From positions 6,636,001 through 6,700,000 of the forward strand of contig NC_087250.1 in assembly GCF_037042905.1 (NCBI RefSeq): a DNA stretch of 64,000 nucleotides. The letters run 5' to 3'. Source of the DNA: Lytechinus pictus (lineage: Eukaryota). A program made the position numbers and the translations under genes. The notes under the pieces were generated by a model that saw only the letters and a program-made list of their open reading frames with translations, searched no databases and was not told the origin of the DNA. Every line of letters starts with the position of its first letter. Position 1 is the first letter of the stretch. Positions 12,129-24,436 of the stretch are shown in pieces.

Positions 12129-12525
12129 TGTGTGTGTGTGTGTGTGTGTATTCACAAATGGTTTAGAAAATACCGTAGAAATAAAATCGTAGATTTTAAA
12201 AGGAGCATAGCTCTCAAAAATGAAAGGTAAAGTTACACTCTTCGTCAGTGCCCATGATGTGACAAAAAAAAGAAATCAAAATCCGTTTCTGAAACAGTCG
12301 TAAAAAACACGTCTGTTCATGGGCATACGGATTGTGAAACTCACCTTTCAAAAAAATCAATGCGCTGAAGATGGAAGAAACGCACTGTATAAGACGCACC
12401 TAAAGACGCGTTGCCATGACTGCAAGATGACAATGGCGAATCTCCGGCTCCAATACATGAAAATCTGAAAAGGGCCTCACCGCCAACAGTCGAAACAGAC
12501 TTTTTCTATATATATACATATATGT

Positions 12526-12560
<35 letters not shown>

Positions 12561-12630
12561 AAAGAAATGGATGAAGAGAACAATATTTAAATAAAAAGAG
12601 TTGCCAAAGCTGTTGTACATGTATAACTTT

Positions 12631-12681
<51 letters not shown>

Positions 12682-12685
12682 TATA

Positions 12686-14221
12686 GCAGCAATGGAGATA
12701 CACACCTGAAAGTTGACCATGAGTCAACCGACTTAGAGTCAATTTACTAAGAATCATACTCAGGACTGCTATATCACGATTGCAGTTTCTATCAGTTGAT
12801 TTTTCTAACATGTTGTCTGTTTTCTTGATAACTGTTCAACTGGTTTGAGTTATTGCTTGGTTATCCATTTCTATTTGCGTTTCCTGTATTAATTATAATG
12901 CCTTAATAACAAAATAATGAGTCTAGATTTGTCATTGTAATGTTCCACGCAGAGCGATTAATGTGGGGTTGTGGTCGCTTATTAGAACAGCCACTATACG
13001 TACGTGCATAGACCTACTGCCTACTCTGCGGAGCGAGAGCCGATTTTGAGTAATTGTGTAGTCTTATTCCAGGAATAAATAAATAAGTAAAATAATAATT
13101 ATAACAACGCCAGTTACATATTAAATTAAATACAAAAAAATAGAATATAAAAGGTACCGGTGGAACTTTACCTTTACCATGTTGCTCCTATAGCTATGCT
13201 TCTCTCTAGATCTAGTTTAAGGCGGGCGGGGGGGGGGGATTGTTTTCCTTGCAGTTTTACGAAGCCAAACTACAGATGTCAATAATCGGAACGAATTGCG
13301 CGCGCTCGAATGGTACCATGTGGTACGTACGTACACGTGCACAGTACACAAGCATAAGATCTATGCATATTAGATCTAGATCTATAACATATTATGCACA
13401 TGTTTTGACGGGGAAGTGGTGGGGAGGGGGTGGTGAACGAAGACAATCGCAGTGGCATAATATGTTACTATTTATAAGGGAAAATATATATATATAATAT
13501 ATATGGTTGGTCAATTCTGCACTTAATTATGTTGAAAATTACTATCATTATATTGACCGTTGACAAATAAATCAAATCAAATCAACATTTTAACACACGT
13601 GTTTATAATACAAACAGAACAAACACCCCCCCCCCCCCCACACACACAAACAAACTAAATGATGGCACACACACAGATGTATACACAAACACATACACAC
13701 ACAGACACAAACACATACACACAGACAGACACACAGGCACATGCACACACACAAACTTTAAGTTTACGTTTTGGAGAAAATATGGGGTAACTGCAGCCCT
13801 GGAAACCCTACTAATCTAGGCATCAGTACACTTAATTGAATGTAATCCAAATTGAATTGAATGAACAAATATTTTGGTGATTAATCTTGGAACCATATTA
13901 TTCAACTACAAAAAAAAATCAAAATTTTACTCTTTTTTTTTTCTTAGTTATTTATTCGTTCCTGGAATAAGACTACACTATTTCACAAAATCAGCTCTCG
14001 CTCCTCAGAACACACAGCAGGTCTATGAATATACGTAGTGGCTGTTCTAATAAGCGATCACACCCCCAACTGTGTTTCCCATCGTGAAAGCACTCCATTG
14101 CCGCCCATAGTACACTCTCCGAGCTCAAAAAAAATTCTAAGTTCTGAACATGACCATGAGTCAATTGACTTCAAGTCGGTTGACTCAGGGCCGACTTCCA
14201 GGTGTGTATCTCCATTGCTGC
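12686..14221. mobile_element. (TA)n-flanked foldback element, asymmetric or deleted copy
   Basis: TIR GCAGCAATGGAGATACACACCTG. 13108-14221 is nearly identical to 18794-19850. The left arm is shorter and more diverged. Confidence 0.8.
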
Positions 14222-14394
14222 ATATATACAGTATATATATATATATATATGCAGCTTTGATCCAGCTGAGGCATGGCGGCTTGTCATTGTTCAAAACCCA
14301 CCTTCACCCGACAAAGGAAATTATAATTGGTATGGTGTCGAAAATCTGTCTATCTGACGGTCAATTGGATCGGGGTCGCCCTAGCCACTAACCC

Positions 14395-14466
14395 GTCTCT
14401 GTGGTCTAGTGGTTAAGGCACCGGCGTTCAAAGCTGGGGGCCCGGGTTCGATTCCCGGCAGAGGCA
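14395..14466 (+). tRNA. tRNA-like gene or pseudogene with TCA anticodon, embedded in a repeat
   Basis: 72-nt cloverleaf: GTCTCTG/CAGAGGC acceptor, TGGTCTAGTGG A box, CCGGC-GTTCAAA-GCTGG anticodon arm, CCGGG-TTCGATT-CCCGG T arm, then T6. G32 is atypical. Confidence 0.65.
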
Positions 14467-14583
14467 TTTTTTCGGCATCACCAATTTTTCCAAAAAGGGT
14501 AGATAGCTCTGGGAACATTGATTTAAGCTACGCCTACCATTGTTCCCTTCATCCATTTCTTTCACACTATATATATATATACA

Positions 14584-16646
14584 CACAACAAAAAAAGTAA
14601 GTCCCCCCTTAAACAAACATCAATAATTTCCGAACCAATGCGAGTTTTTAATATATTTTTATATGAGCGTGTAGGTAATTTTATAAGCTATCCTCTGAGT
14701 AAATGTTATGGACATATTTTACGTCATGCTTCAGTGAGCACCGTCAGAAGGCAAACATGTCACTTTTCAAAAGTCACAAGCCAAATATCATTACTTTGAT
14801 TCCACTTTATTGAAACTAATTCTACATTCTCATCATGAAAAATAGTCAGAAGGCTTGAAAAAGGTACTTTCTAAAAGACGATACAATTTTTTGGCTAAAT
14901 GTCACGGTTGAATAAACACAAGTCCAAATTTGCTATAATTGGATTTTTTACACATTTCTATAAATAAAAATGATAAAATATTATGACATTTATTTTTGGG
15001 AAGAGTATCTTCAGCAATATTCATCGTTTCACGGTTCAATAAACATTTATTGAATTAAAAAAATACGATTTTCAAATATCATAGGCATGTATTGTTTCAT
15101 TTTGGTAGCTGAAAATGATCTTTTCACAACTTTTTCGTTATGTTCATGACCAATTAACATGTTTCAATAATTCAAAGGCGTTAAATTAAACGTTCACGCT
15201 TGAATGAACATGTGGAATGTGATTAGCTCTTTTTTACGTTATTGGAAAAATGCAATTTGTAACTATAGATATCTGTCACAAACATCCTTGCATAGTTCAT
15301 TTGATTTGATTTTTATGAAAATCCCGATGTTTAATGCATCAGTGAGCACACAATATTACAAAATTATGCAAATGAGAAGAAAGTTCAAGGCCTTGGCCCC
15401 ACTCTGTGCCGTATCGAATGGTTATTTTGGTGTGCGCGCCTTTTGGATAGTGTTACCCTGAAGCCGAGTGCGAAGTTTCATGAAATAATTGTTGGCAGAA
15501 GTAACAAAAACCGTCCATGAAACAAACCCTCATTTCATATTTGTTAAAATTTTGACTTCCTCTCTCATAGACTTGTGTACATTATGGGTGCATATGTTTA
15601 AGAATACGTAACCCCTTATTCAATATGGTGGAACTTTTTTCAAGGCTCTCTTTAGCATTGTCATTTGGTAGTAATGTTTATCAACCCATGGGCAGAATTC
15701 TGTGCAAAAATTAAATCGATTTGTTTATTTATGGATGAGTGAGCACGCATCAAAGTAGGAAAATTGGTATTTTCAATGTCACAGACTCATTTTAAAGGGT
15801 AATAAAGTGAATATTGGGGGCAAATTCGGTTTCAAATGTGACTTTAATTGCTGTGTTTTAATCATCCATCATTTCTATCACCACACAATTTCCGAACTTT
15901 AAACATTTTCATGGTTGAGCGAGCACATTCGAAAACTTAGGAATGAATACTCTTTATACTGCATAAATGTATTCTTTCCTAACAATTTCTCATGATCAGT
16001 TTGATTTATGGACAAATCAGTGGTGGATCCAGAATTTTAAAATGGGGGAGGGGCCTATAATCGGGGGAGACACCAAAATTGTCAAATTTTAACATGATCT
16101 AACAAGTTGTAGAGGATATTACCATAAACCCTTATCATAATACGTCACAATACAGGGGCCGCGGAACGGTTTTCAAAGTGGGGGGATGACCATGCAAAAA
16201 AATCACAATCGTATGGTCATTTTTACATTTTTGTACATGCTTTTGAAAAAAAGTGGGGGAGGGGGGCTGAAGCCCCCCCCCCCCCCCGCTTCCGCGGCCC
16301 CTGCAATACATTGTGCTCACTCAACCATGAACATACGATATCAAATCTGTGTGTGGAGTGGCTAAATGATGGATAGTAAAACAGCATAACACCATAAAAT
16401 TCACCTAAAAACAATATTTGCCCAACTTTGTATTTGCACAATCTGAAAAACGACTCTTGTGACTTTCAAAAATGGCCATTTTTAATTCAATCTTTAATTA
16501 CTCATGCATGACTCAACCGATCAATCTCATTTTTCACCAGGAGTTATTTAATGAGTGTTAAAAACCACCTACGAAATATCATATCTCAAAATAATTCTGT
16601 TCAAAAGTTACAGCAATTTGATTTAGGGGGGACTTACTTTTTTTGT

Positions 16647-16650
<4 letters not shown>
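14584..16650. mobile_element. Non-autonomous Tc1/mariner-like element in a (TA)n tract
   Basis: TIR CACAACAAAAAAAGTAAGTCCCCCCT at both ends, TA-repeat flanks, no transposase ORF. Confidence 0.8.
16153..16303. mobile_element. Small MITE with poly-G/poly-C subterminal tracts
   Basis: TIR CAGGGGCCGCGGAA, with a 5-bp direct repeat CAATA on both sides. Confidence 0.8.
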
Positions 16651-16681
<31 letters not shown>

Positions 16682-16685
<4 letters not shown>

Positions 16686-17491
16686 AGTTTAGTTGCAAAA
16701 GGGGTTAGGTCCACTTTGGACCATTCCGAGAAAAAACATGTTTTTTATTCTCACTTATTGCAATATTCTTATGAGAAACTAAATTGTCACGATGTACCAC
16801 ATAAAATTGGAGATAAAAGAAATCTACCTGTCTTCAATTTTTTTTCTATATATATATTTTTTAAAATTATCATTGTGGACTTAACCCCTTTTGCAAGTAA
16901 ACTGAAATGAATCCAATCTCTTTTGATTAAAAAAGTGATTTTTCTTTGCCACTTTCATTCACGTTTTCATTTGAATTTCAAATTGTATCTTGTATCATAA
17001 GAATGACTAACAATTTAGAGGTTTAGAGACAGAAAACAACACAATTTATGAAAAAAAATCGATCTAACCCCTTTTGACAAACGAGTTCTTCAGAAGAGTT
17101 TGGTTGCAATAGGGGTTAGGTCTACTCCAAGAAAATCATTTTTTTTTCTCCCATATTACAATATTCTTATGCAAAACTGAATTTTCATGATACCCTGCCA
17201 TGAGAACATAAAATTGGGTATAAGAGAACTCTACCTGTCTTCATATTGTTTTAAGATATTCTTTTTAAAAAAAATCTCTGTGGACCTAACCCCTTTTGCG
17301 ACTAAACTAAAATGGATCTAACCCCTTTTGAAAAAAAGTGATTTTTCTTTGCCATTTTAGTTCACTTTTAATAGGAATTTCAACTTTTCTTTGGTATCAT
17401 CTTATAGAGTTACTAAAAATCTATACATTAAGACATACAAATCAAATTTGAAAAAAAAATGGACCTAACCCCTTTTGCAAGTGAGCTCTTC
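16682..17491. mobile_element. Head-to-tail dimer of a ~400-bp MITE (possibly Sola-like)
   Basis: Units 16682-17091 and 17093-17491, each GAARAGTTT.GTTGCAA.AGGGGTTAGGTC ... GACCTAACCCCTTTTG..GAG.TCTTC. ATAT flanks. Confidence 0.7.
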
Positions 17492-17492
17492 A

Positions 17493-17543
<51 letters not shown>

Positions 17544-17546
<3 letters not shown>

Positions 17547-19849
17547 GCAATGGAGATACACACCTGAAAGTCGACCCTAAGTCAACCGACTTGAAGTCAA
17601 TTTACTCAGGGTCATGTTCAGAACTTAGAAATTTTTGTTGAGCTCGGAGTGCTTTTACGATGAGAAACACAGTTGGGGGGTGTGATCGCTTATTAGAACA
17701 GCCACTACGTACATTCATAGACCTGCTGTGTGTTCTGAGGAGCGAGAGCTGATTTTGTGAAATAGTGTAGTCTTATTCCAGGAACGAATAAATAACTAAG
17801 AAAAAAAACGAGTAAAATTTTGATTTTTTTTTTTTTAGTTGAATAATATGGTTCCAAGATTAATCACCAAAATATTTGTTCATTCAATTCAATTTGGATT
17901 ACATCCAATTAAGTGTACTGAGGCCTAGATTAGTAGGGTTTCCAGGGCTGGTGTGTGTGTGTGCATGTGCCTGTGTGTCTGTCTATGTGTATGGGTACGC
18001 GTATACATCTGTGTGTGTGCCATCATTGAGTTTGTGTGTGTGTGTGTGGGGGGGTGTTTGTTCTGTTTTTATTATAAACACGTGTGTTAAAATGTAGATT
18101 TGATTTGATTTATTTGTCAACGGTCAATATAATGATAATAATTTTCAACAGAATTAAGTGCAGAATTGACCAACCATATATATTATATATATATATATTG
18201 TCCCTTATAAATAGTAACATATTATGCCACTGCGATTGTCTTCGTTCACCACCCCCTCCCCACCACTTCCCCGTCAAAACATGTGCATAATATGTTATAG
18301 ATCTAGATCTAATATGCATATATCTTATGCTTGTGTACTGTGCACGTGTACGTACGTACCACATGGTACCACTCGAGCGCGCGCAATTCGTTTCGATTAT
18401 TGACATATGTAGTTTGGCTTCGTAAAACTGCAAGGAAAACAATCCCCCCCCCCCCCGCCTTAAACTATATCTAGAGAGAAGCATAACCTGGCATAGCTAT
18501 AGGAGCAACATGGTTAAGGTAAAGTACCACCGGTACCTTTTATATTCTATTTTTTGTATTTAATTTTACATGTAACTGGCGTACTAACCCTGGCTCCCTG
18601 ACATCTGGGCACAGACTGGAACCTCAAAAAAAAAAAAAAGTTATCTCCTTCTACCCAGTCTCGATCGGCCATTTCGTTACGATTTTTAACAAAAATGGAC
18701 GATCGAGACGGGGGTAGGAGATAACTTTTCGGTTTTTTGAGGTTCCAGTCTGTGCCCAGATGTCAGGGAGCCAGGGAGCTTCCTGGGTTAGTACGCCAGT
18801 TACATGTAAAATTAAATACAAAAAATAGAATATAAAAGGTACCGATGGTACTTTACCTTAACCATGTTGCTCCTATAGCTATGCCAGGCTATGCTTCTCT
18901 CTAGATATAGTTTAAGGCGGGGGGGGGGGGGGGAGATTGTTTTCCTTGCAGTTTTACGAAGCCAAACTACAGATGTCAATAATCGGAACGAATTGCGCGC
19001 GCTCGAATGGTACCATGTGGTACGTACGTACACGTGCACAGTACACAAGCATAAGATCTATGCATATTAGATTTAGATCTATAACATATTATGCACATGT
19101 TTTGACGGGGAAGTGATGGGGAGGGGGTGGTGAATGAAGACAATCGCAGTGGCATAATATGTTACTATTTATAAGGGAAAATATATATATATAATATATA
19201 TGGTTGGTCAATTCTGCACTTAATTCTGTTGAAAATTACTATCATTATATTGACCGTTGACAACTAAATCAAATCAAATCAACATTTTAACACACGTGTT
19301 TATAATACAAACAGAACAAACACCCCCCCCCCACACACACACAAACTCAATGATGGCACACACACAGATGTATACACAAACACATACACCCTCAGACACA
19401 AACACATACACATAGACAGACAAACAGGCACATGCACACACACAAACCAGCCCTGGAAACCCTACTAATCTAGGCCTCAGTACACTTAATTGGATGTAAT
19501 CCAAATTGAATTGAATGAACAAATATTTTGGTGATTAATCTTGGAACCATATTATTCAACTACAAAAAAATCCAAATTTTACTCCTTTTTTTTCTTAGTT
19601 ATTTATTCGTTCCTGGAATAAGACTACACTTTTTCACAAAATCAGCTCTCGCTCCGCAGAACACACAGCAGGTCTATGAATGTACGTAGTGGCTGTTCTA
19701 ATAAGCGATCACACCCCCAACTGTGTTTCCCATCGTGAAAGCACTCCGAGCTCAACAAAAATTGCTAAGTTCTAAACCATGATCCTGAGTAAATTGACTT
19801 CAAGTCGGTTGACTCAGGGTCGACTTTCAGATGTGTATTTCCATTGCTG

Positions 19850-19850
<1 letters not shown>
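17544..19850. mobile_element. 2.3-kb near-perfect palindromic (foldback) element in a (TA)n tract
   Basis: The arms are reverse complements from the termini (GCAGCAATGGA..) to a loop of about 7 nt near 18680-18686. (TA)n on both sides. Confidence 0.92.
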
Positions 19851-19880
<30 letters not shown>

Positions 19881-20158
19881 GTCAAATTATGCATGTACAA
19901 CAGCTTTGGCAACTCATTTATTTAAATATTTTATGAAAGAAATGGATGAAGAGAGCAATGGTAGGCGTAGCTTAAACCAAGGTTCCCCAGAGCTATCTGC
20001 CCTTTAGAAAAATTGGCAATGCCGAAAAAAATGTCTCTGCGGGGAATCGAATGTTCAAAACCCACCTACACCCAACAAAGGAAATTATAATTGGTATAGT
20101 GTCGAAAATCTGTCTATCTGACGGTCAATCGGATCGGGGTCCACCTAACCACTAACCC

Positions 20159-20230
20159 ATCTCTGTGGTCTAGTGGTTAAGGCACCGGCGTTCAAAGCTG
20201 GGGGCCCGGGTTTGATTCCCGGCAGAGACA
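20159..20230 (+). tRNA. Second copy of the TCA-anticodon tRNA-like sequence (B box mutated)
   Basis: Same sequence as 14395-14466 except G1A, a TTTGATT T loop and a CAGAGAC 3' strand. It shares about 110 bp of 5' flank and the T6 run. A partial inverted third copy lies at about 19936-20051. Confidence 0.55.
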
Positions 20231-22528
20231 TTTTTTCGGCATTACCAATGGGTATGGGTGACCCGTGTAAAGAGAAAACAAATGCCCCACCCCCCCCAAC
20301 CCCTACAGAAAAATCCTGCATCCACCTAGGGCCTCCCTAGCTCGTAGCACTATAGGTGGTAAAAAATAATTTGCTAAGATTACATAATGTAAAATACTAA
20401 GCGTGGTATTAAAAAAAATGTAATGTTCCACCTGTTATCGTCGTTAACATTTTCATTTCAACTCTCTAATGTCGGTTTAAGGACGTTCCACAGTTATGTT
20501 TGTGCGCATTATGATCTGCGCATATTTTACACTCTGCGCGCTGACGTCACAATGGATGAACAGGTGATTAATTAGCTGTGGGTATGAGCTGATTTTTCTC
20601 ATCATCTGCACTCTAACTGCAGATCCGATGCGTTATTTTATGGAATTATTACATGGTCCATTTTTAAAAATATCTCTACAATATAAAAATACTTTACTCT
20701 GCAGTGCTGCCAAATATCACGAATATGACAACGATTTTGAATTAATCGTAGAATGGTTTTGATTTTTTTCTTCACGTAGATACAACACATTTGGCACATT
20801 TTTTGTGATTTAACTCTTACTATGCCAGGCCCAATACCCTATAGTGCCAGGGATATTCGAGGGAATCCTAAATTGACCGAAACGTAAGCAGAGACTGATT
20901 TTAAAACGGTCATAACTCTTTACCCGTACGTTGTATAATGAAACCTTCTACACATGAAATGATGCATGGTTCATGGTCTTTATGATCATGTTATGACCTT
21001 TCATATTTGCAATCGGAAAAATTGAGAAAAGATGAAATATTTTACATCGTTTTTTTTCAAAAAGTAAAACCTGAAAAAATATGATTTCATTAACATTTCA
21101 AAGAGTAAATAACCTGAGTAATTGTAGAGATACCAAAAAATTAAGAAGATAAAATGAAAGTTCAATGTTTACCCTTTCAAATGACGTATCTATTGATGAA
21201 ATTGAACAAACAGAAATATGAAAAATAATGCTCTTTTTAATGAAATACTATTTTGCTATTCAAGTTATTTCCTCTGAAATGTGAGAGGGTTTATACACAC
21301 GAAATTGAAACCGACCTTTCCATAAAAGGGCATTGTCGTCGATCAAGTGACCAATCACAGCACAGCTGCGATCCCCACGCAAACACACATAATAATAGAT
21401 TAGAGACATGTATCTTCACAGTGCAGCCAACCGTACCCTTACATTCGTGTAGTCTTCAAAACAAGACCCTGTCATTTTTCAGAATGCGCGGTATTCCGAA
21501 ACAACCGCTATGGGGGAAACAAAATTATTAGCGCAGTGTAAATTTTATGTCATTTCAATTCTTGTCAATATTGTCGTACTGTAAAACATGTTTTAGAAAA
21601 TCGTAACCTGGATACGATTTGTGGTGTGCGATGCACTCAACTATATACTGTTTTGGATAATGTAGGCGATTTCTATCCAGTGTCGGCAACAAACATTTGC
21701 GACCCACTCAGCTGTCGTTCTAAAGCATGAATCAGTGTAAAGTTTGGTCATATTTTGTCAGGGTCGATTCGTCGTACATACTATACGGGCTTTCGTACTG
21801 TAACAAAGTTACTGCCAGTCAGAAGGAGACAAAATATAGAAAACTAAAGATGATATATTGAAATATAGATAAAGAGGGATCGGACAGATTCAATACTAAC
21901 AGGTTTGGGGTGTAAAATCCCACAACATAATATGGGCGTTCTTGGCAAAGTACACAGAACTAAGAAAAAAATGTTTATTTTTCGTGAATCAAGAAGAAGA
22001 AATGCAGATCAGTTACAAACTAAAAATTCAATACAAATTTTCAAAAAGAAAATAGGCCTATTGGTTCTATATTTCTGGTCTGACCCCCCCCCCCACCTCG
22101 CCTAAAAAAATGTGAGGTCAGGTGGAAATGTTTATGTTGACAATTTTAGCCCTTTTTGTGGTGACCAAGGTTGAATACAAAATTAAATGTATTTATTACA
22201 AAACATAATTCTAGCATAATATTCATACGTTATCATTATTACGTAATTAACTGATCTCACATCTCTCTCTCTCTCTTTCCATCTATCTATCTATACATCT
22301 CTCGTAATCTCTGGACTCTCTCTCCTTTCTTTTTCATCTCGTGTTTTTTTTTTCACTTTTATTTTACTTTTATACCTTTGCATAGATTCTGTGCTTTAAT
22401 GATAAACGATAATTTACAGTGAGCTAATAAATTATAATGAGAGTAACAAAACTACTACTACTACTAACTACTACTACTACTACTATTACTACTACTACTA
22501 CTACTACTTCTATTACTACTACTACTAC

Positions 22529-24013
22529 GGCAGTTTATAATCACTCGCGTCGCGTTCTGGTTCGTAATCACTCGCGTTTTGAATTTTTGGCGATTTTTTT
22601 TATTTCGGTGCGATTTTTTTTTAACGGTGTCTTCAATGGGACAGACATGCAGGGAAATTTGAGTTTCGCTTTAAGCCGGCAATTAAGTGCCTTAAAATAA
22701 AATGTACTCGACTACTGTTCTAAGTACCAAGAATAGATAACAAGCTTGATCCGCCCCAGACAGCTGGCAGCAGTCTGTTTCGAGGAGTTTTTTTCAAACA
22801 TTTTTAATTTTTTTAAATTTCTCTGTATTTGGTGAGTGGAGCCAACGGAGTTCAGCGGAACAACCAACATAATAATTAATAGACACAAAGACCGAAGCTT
22901 TTGGTCAATATCAACGAACGTAGAGGGCAGCAACACACAAGCGTGTTGCTCTAAGGAATGTCAACTCCGCTCGAATTTTGTGACCACTCTAAAAAAAAAA
23001 AAAAAATTATATCACACACACACACAATTATTTGTATAAAGGAACAATTTTGTTGGTCCCTCGGACTTCTTTATAAGCAGAGTGCACTTTACTCCCCCTC
23101 CTACTTCTCTTTCTTCTCAGTCTTCTTTTTATTCCCATTATTATGTCATCTTATTCTTCTCCATGTTCTTCTACTTCTCAATTTCTTCCCTTTCTCCTTA
23201 TTGTTCATCTCCCTTCTCACTTCTTCCTTTTCTCTTCTCAGTCTTCCCCTCTATTTTATCTTCTCTTTCTCTTCTTCTACATCCTCCCCTCAATTTTCTC
23301 TTTTTAGTTTCATTTTTACCCCCTTATGTCCTCCATCTTCTTTTTTCTTCTTCTACTTCTCCTCCTCCTTCCTTCTTGCTTTTCTTCTTCAGCACTTTTT
23401 TCCTCCCTGATTTTTACGTTAGTGTAGAATAATTCACAAAGAAAGGGAGAAGGAAATAAATAGTGATATTATGAAATTGTAGCACCTCACTATGCTTTAT
23501 AAAGAATACCACAGACTTCAGGAAAATCCTCCAAAGGCAAAGCTAAATCGAGAGTAGCCTTTCCTCCTTTTTCTTCTTTATTCCTTTTCTCCTTTCTTTC
23601 TCCTTTTTTCCTTGCTTCTTTCTTTCTGTCTGTCTTTTTTTTTCTTTCTCTTTTCTCCCTCTTTCCCTTCCTTCCCCCCCCCCCTCTCTCTTTTTTTAGG
23701 GGGAGCCCCCCGCTTCCGCCGCCTATGGCTCTAAGATTTAAGATGTGGAATGTGATTATGTTAAAACAGTAGTCAAAATTTGCTTGTTATCTTAAAACAG
23801 TGGTCGAGAACGTTTTATTTAAGGCACTTACCAGCTTAAAATAAAACGAAACTCGAATTTCAATATTATTTTATTTTTCCAGTACGTTTGTCCCATTGAA
23901 GACACCGTTAGAAAAAAAATCGCACCGAAAAAAAAAAATCGCCAAAAATAAAAAACGCGTGTGATTACCAACCCGACGCGAGTGATTACGAACGCGAGTG
24001 AATATAATAAGCC
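22529..24013. mobile_element. TIR element embedded in an (ACT)n microsatellite
   Basis: About 200-bp imperfect inverted repeats (22529-22735 vs 23780-24013, e.g. TTTCGGTGCGATTTTTTTT.TAACGGTGTCTTCAATGGGACA). (ACT)n lies directly on both sides. Confidence 0.8.
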
Positions 24014-24295
<282 letters not shown>

Positions 24296-24436
24296 TTTTT
24301 ACAGCAGTACAAAAACTGGGTGTCCTGGTCGGTCAAATGAATCGCTTAAAATATTATTAACGTTGATATTTGTGAACACTCATTTTAAAACTGTCTAAAA
24401 AATGTTAATGTTGAGCCGTTTTGAAGTAAGAGACGG

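Noticed and set aside
12230..12505. Hammerhead ribozyme-like motifs (CTGAAGA..GAAA at 12365; CTGACGA on the minus strand near 12250) suggesting a Penelope-like element
   Set aside because: Stem II and the stem III/cleavage triplet cannot be built convincingly by eye.
14395..14466. Selenocysteine tRNA
   Set aside because: Only 72 nt, with a 4-nt variable loop and a 7/5 fold. tRNA-Sec has a long variable arm and an extended acceptor stem.
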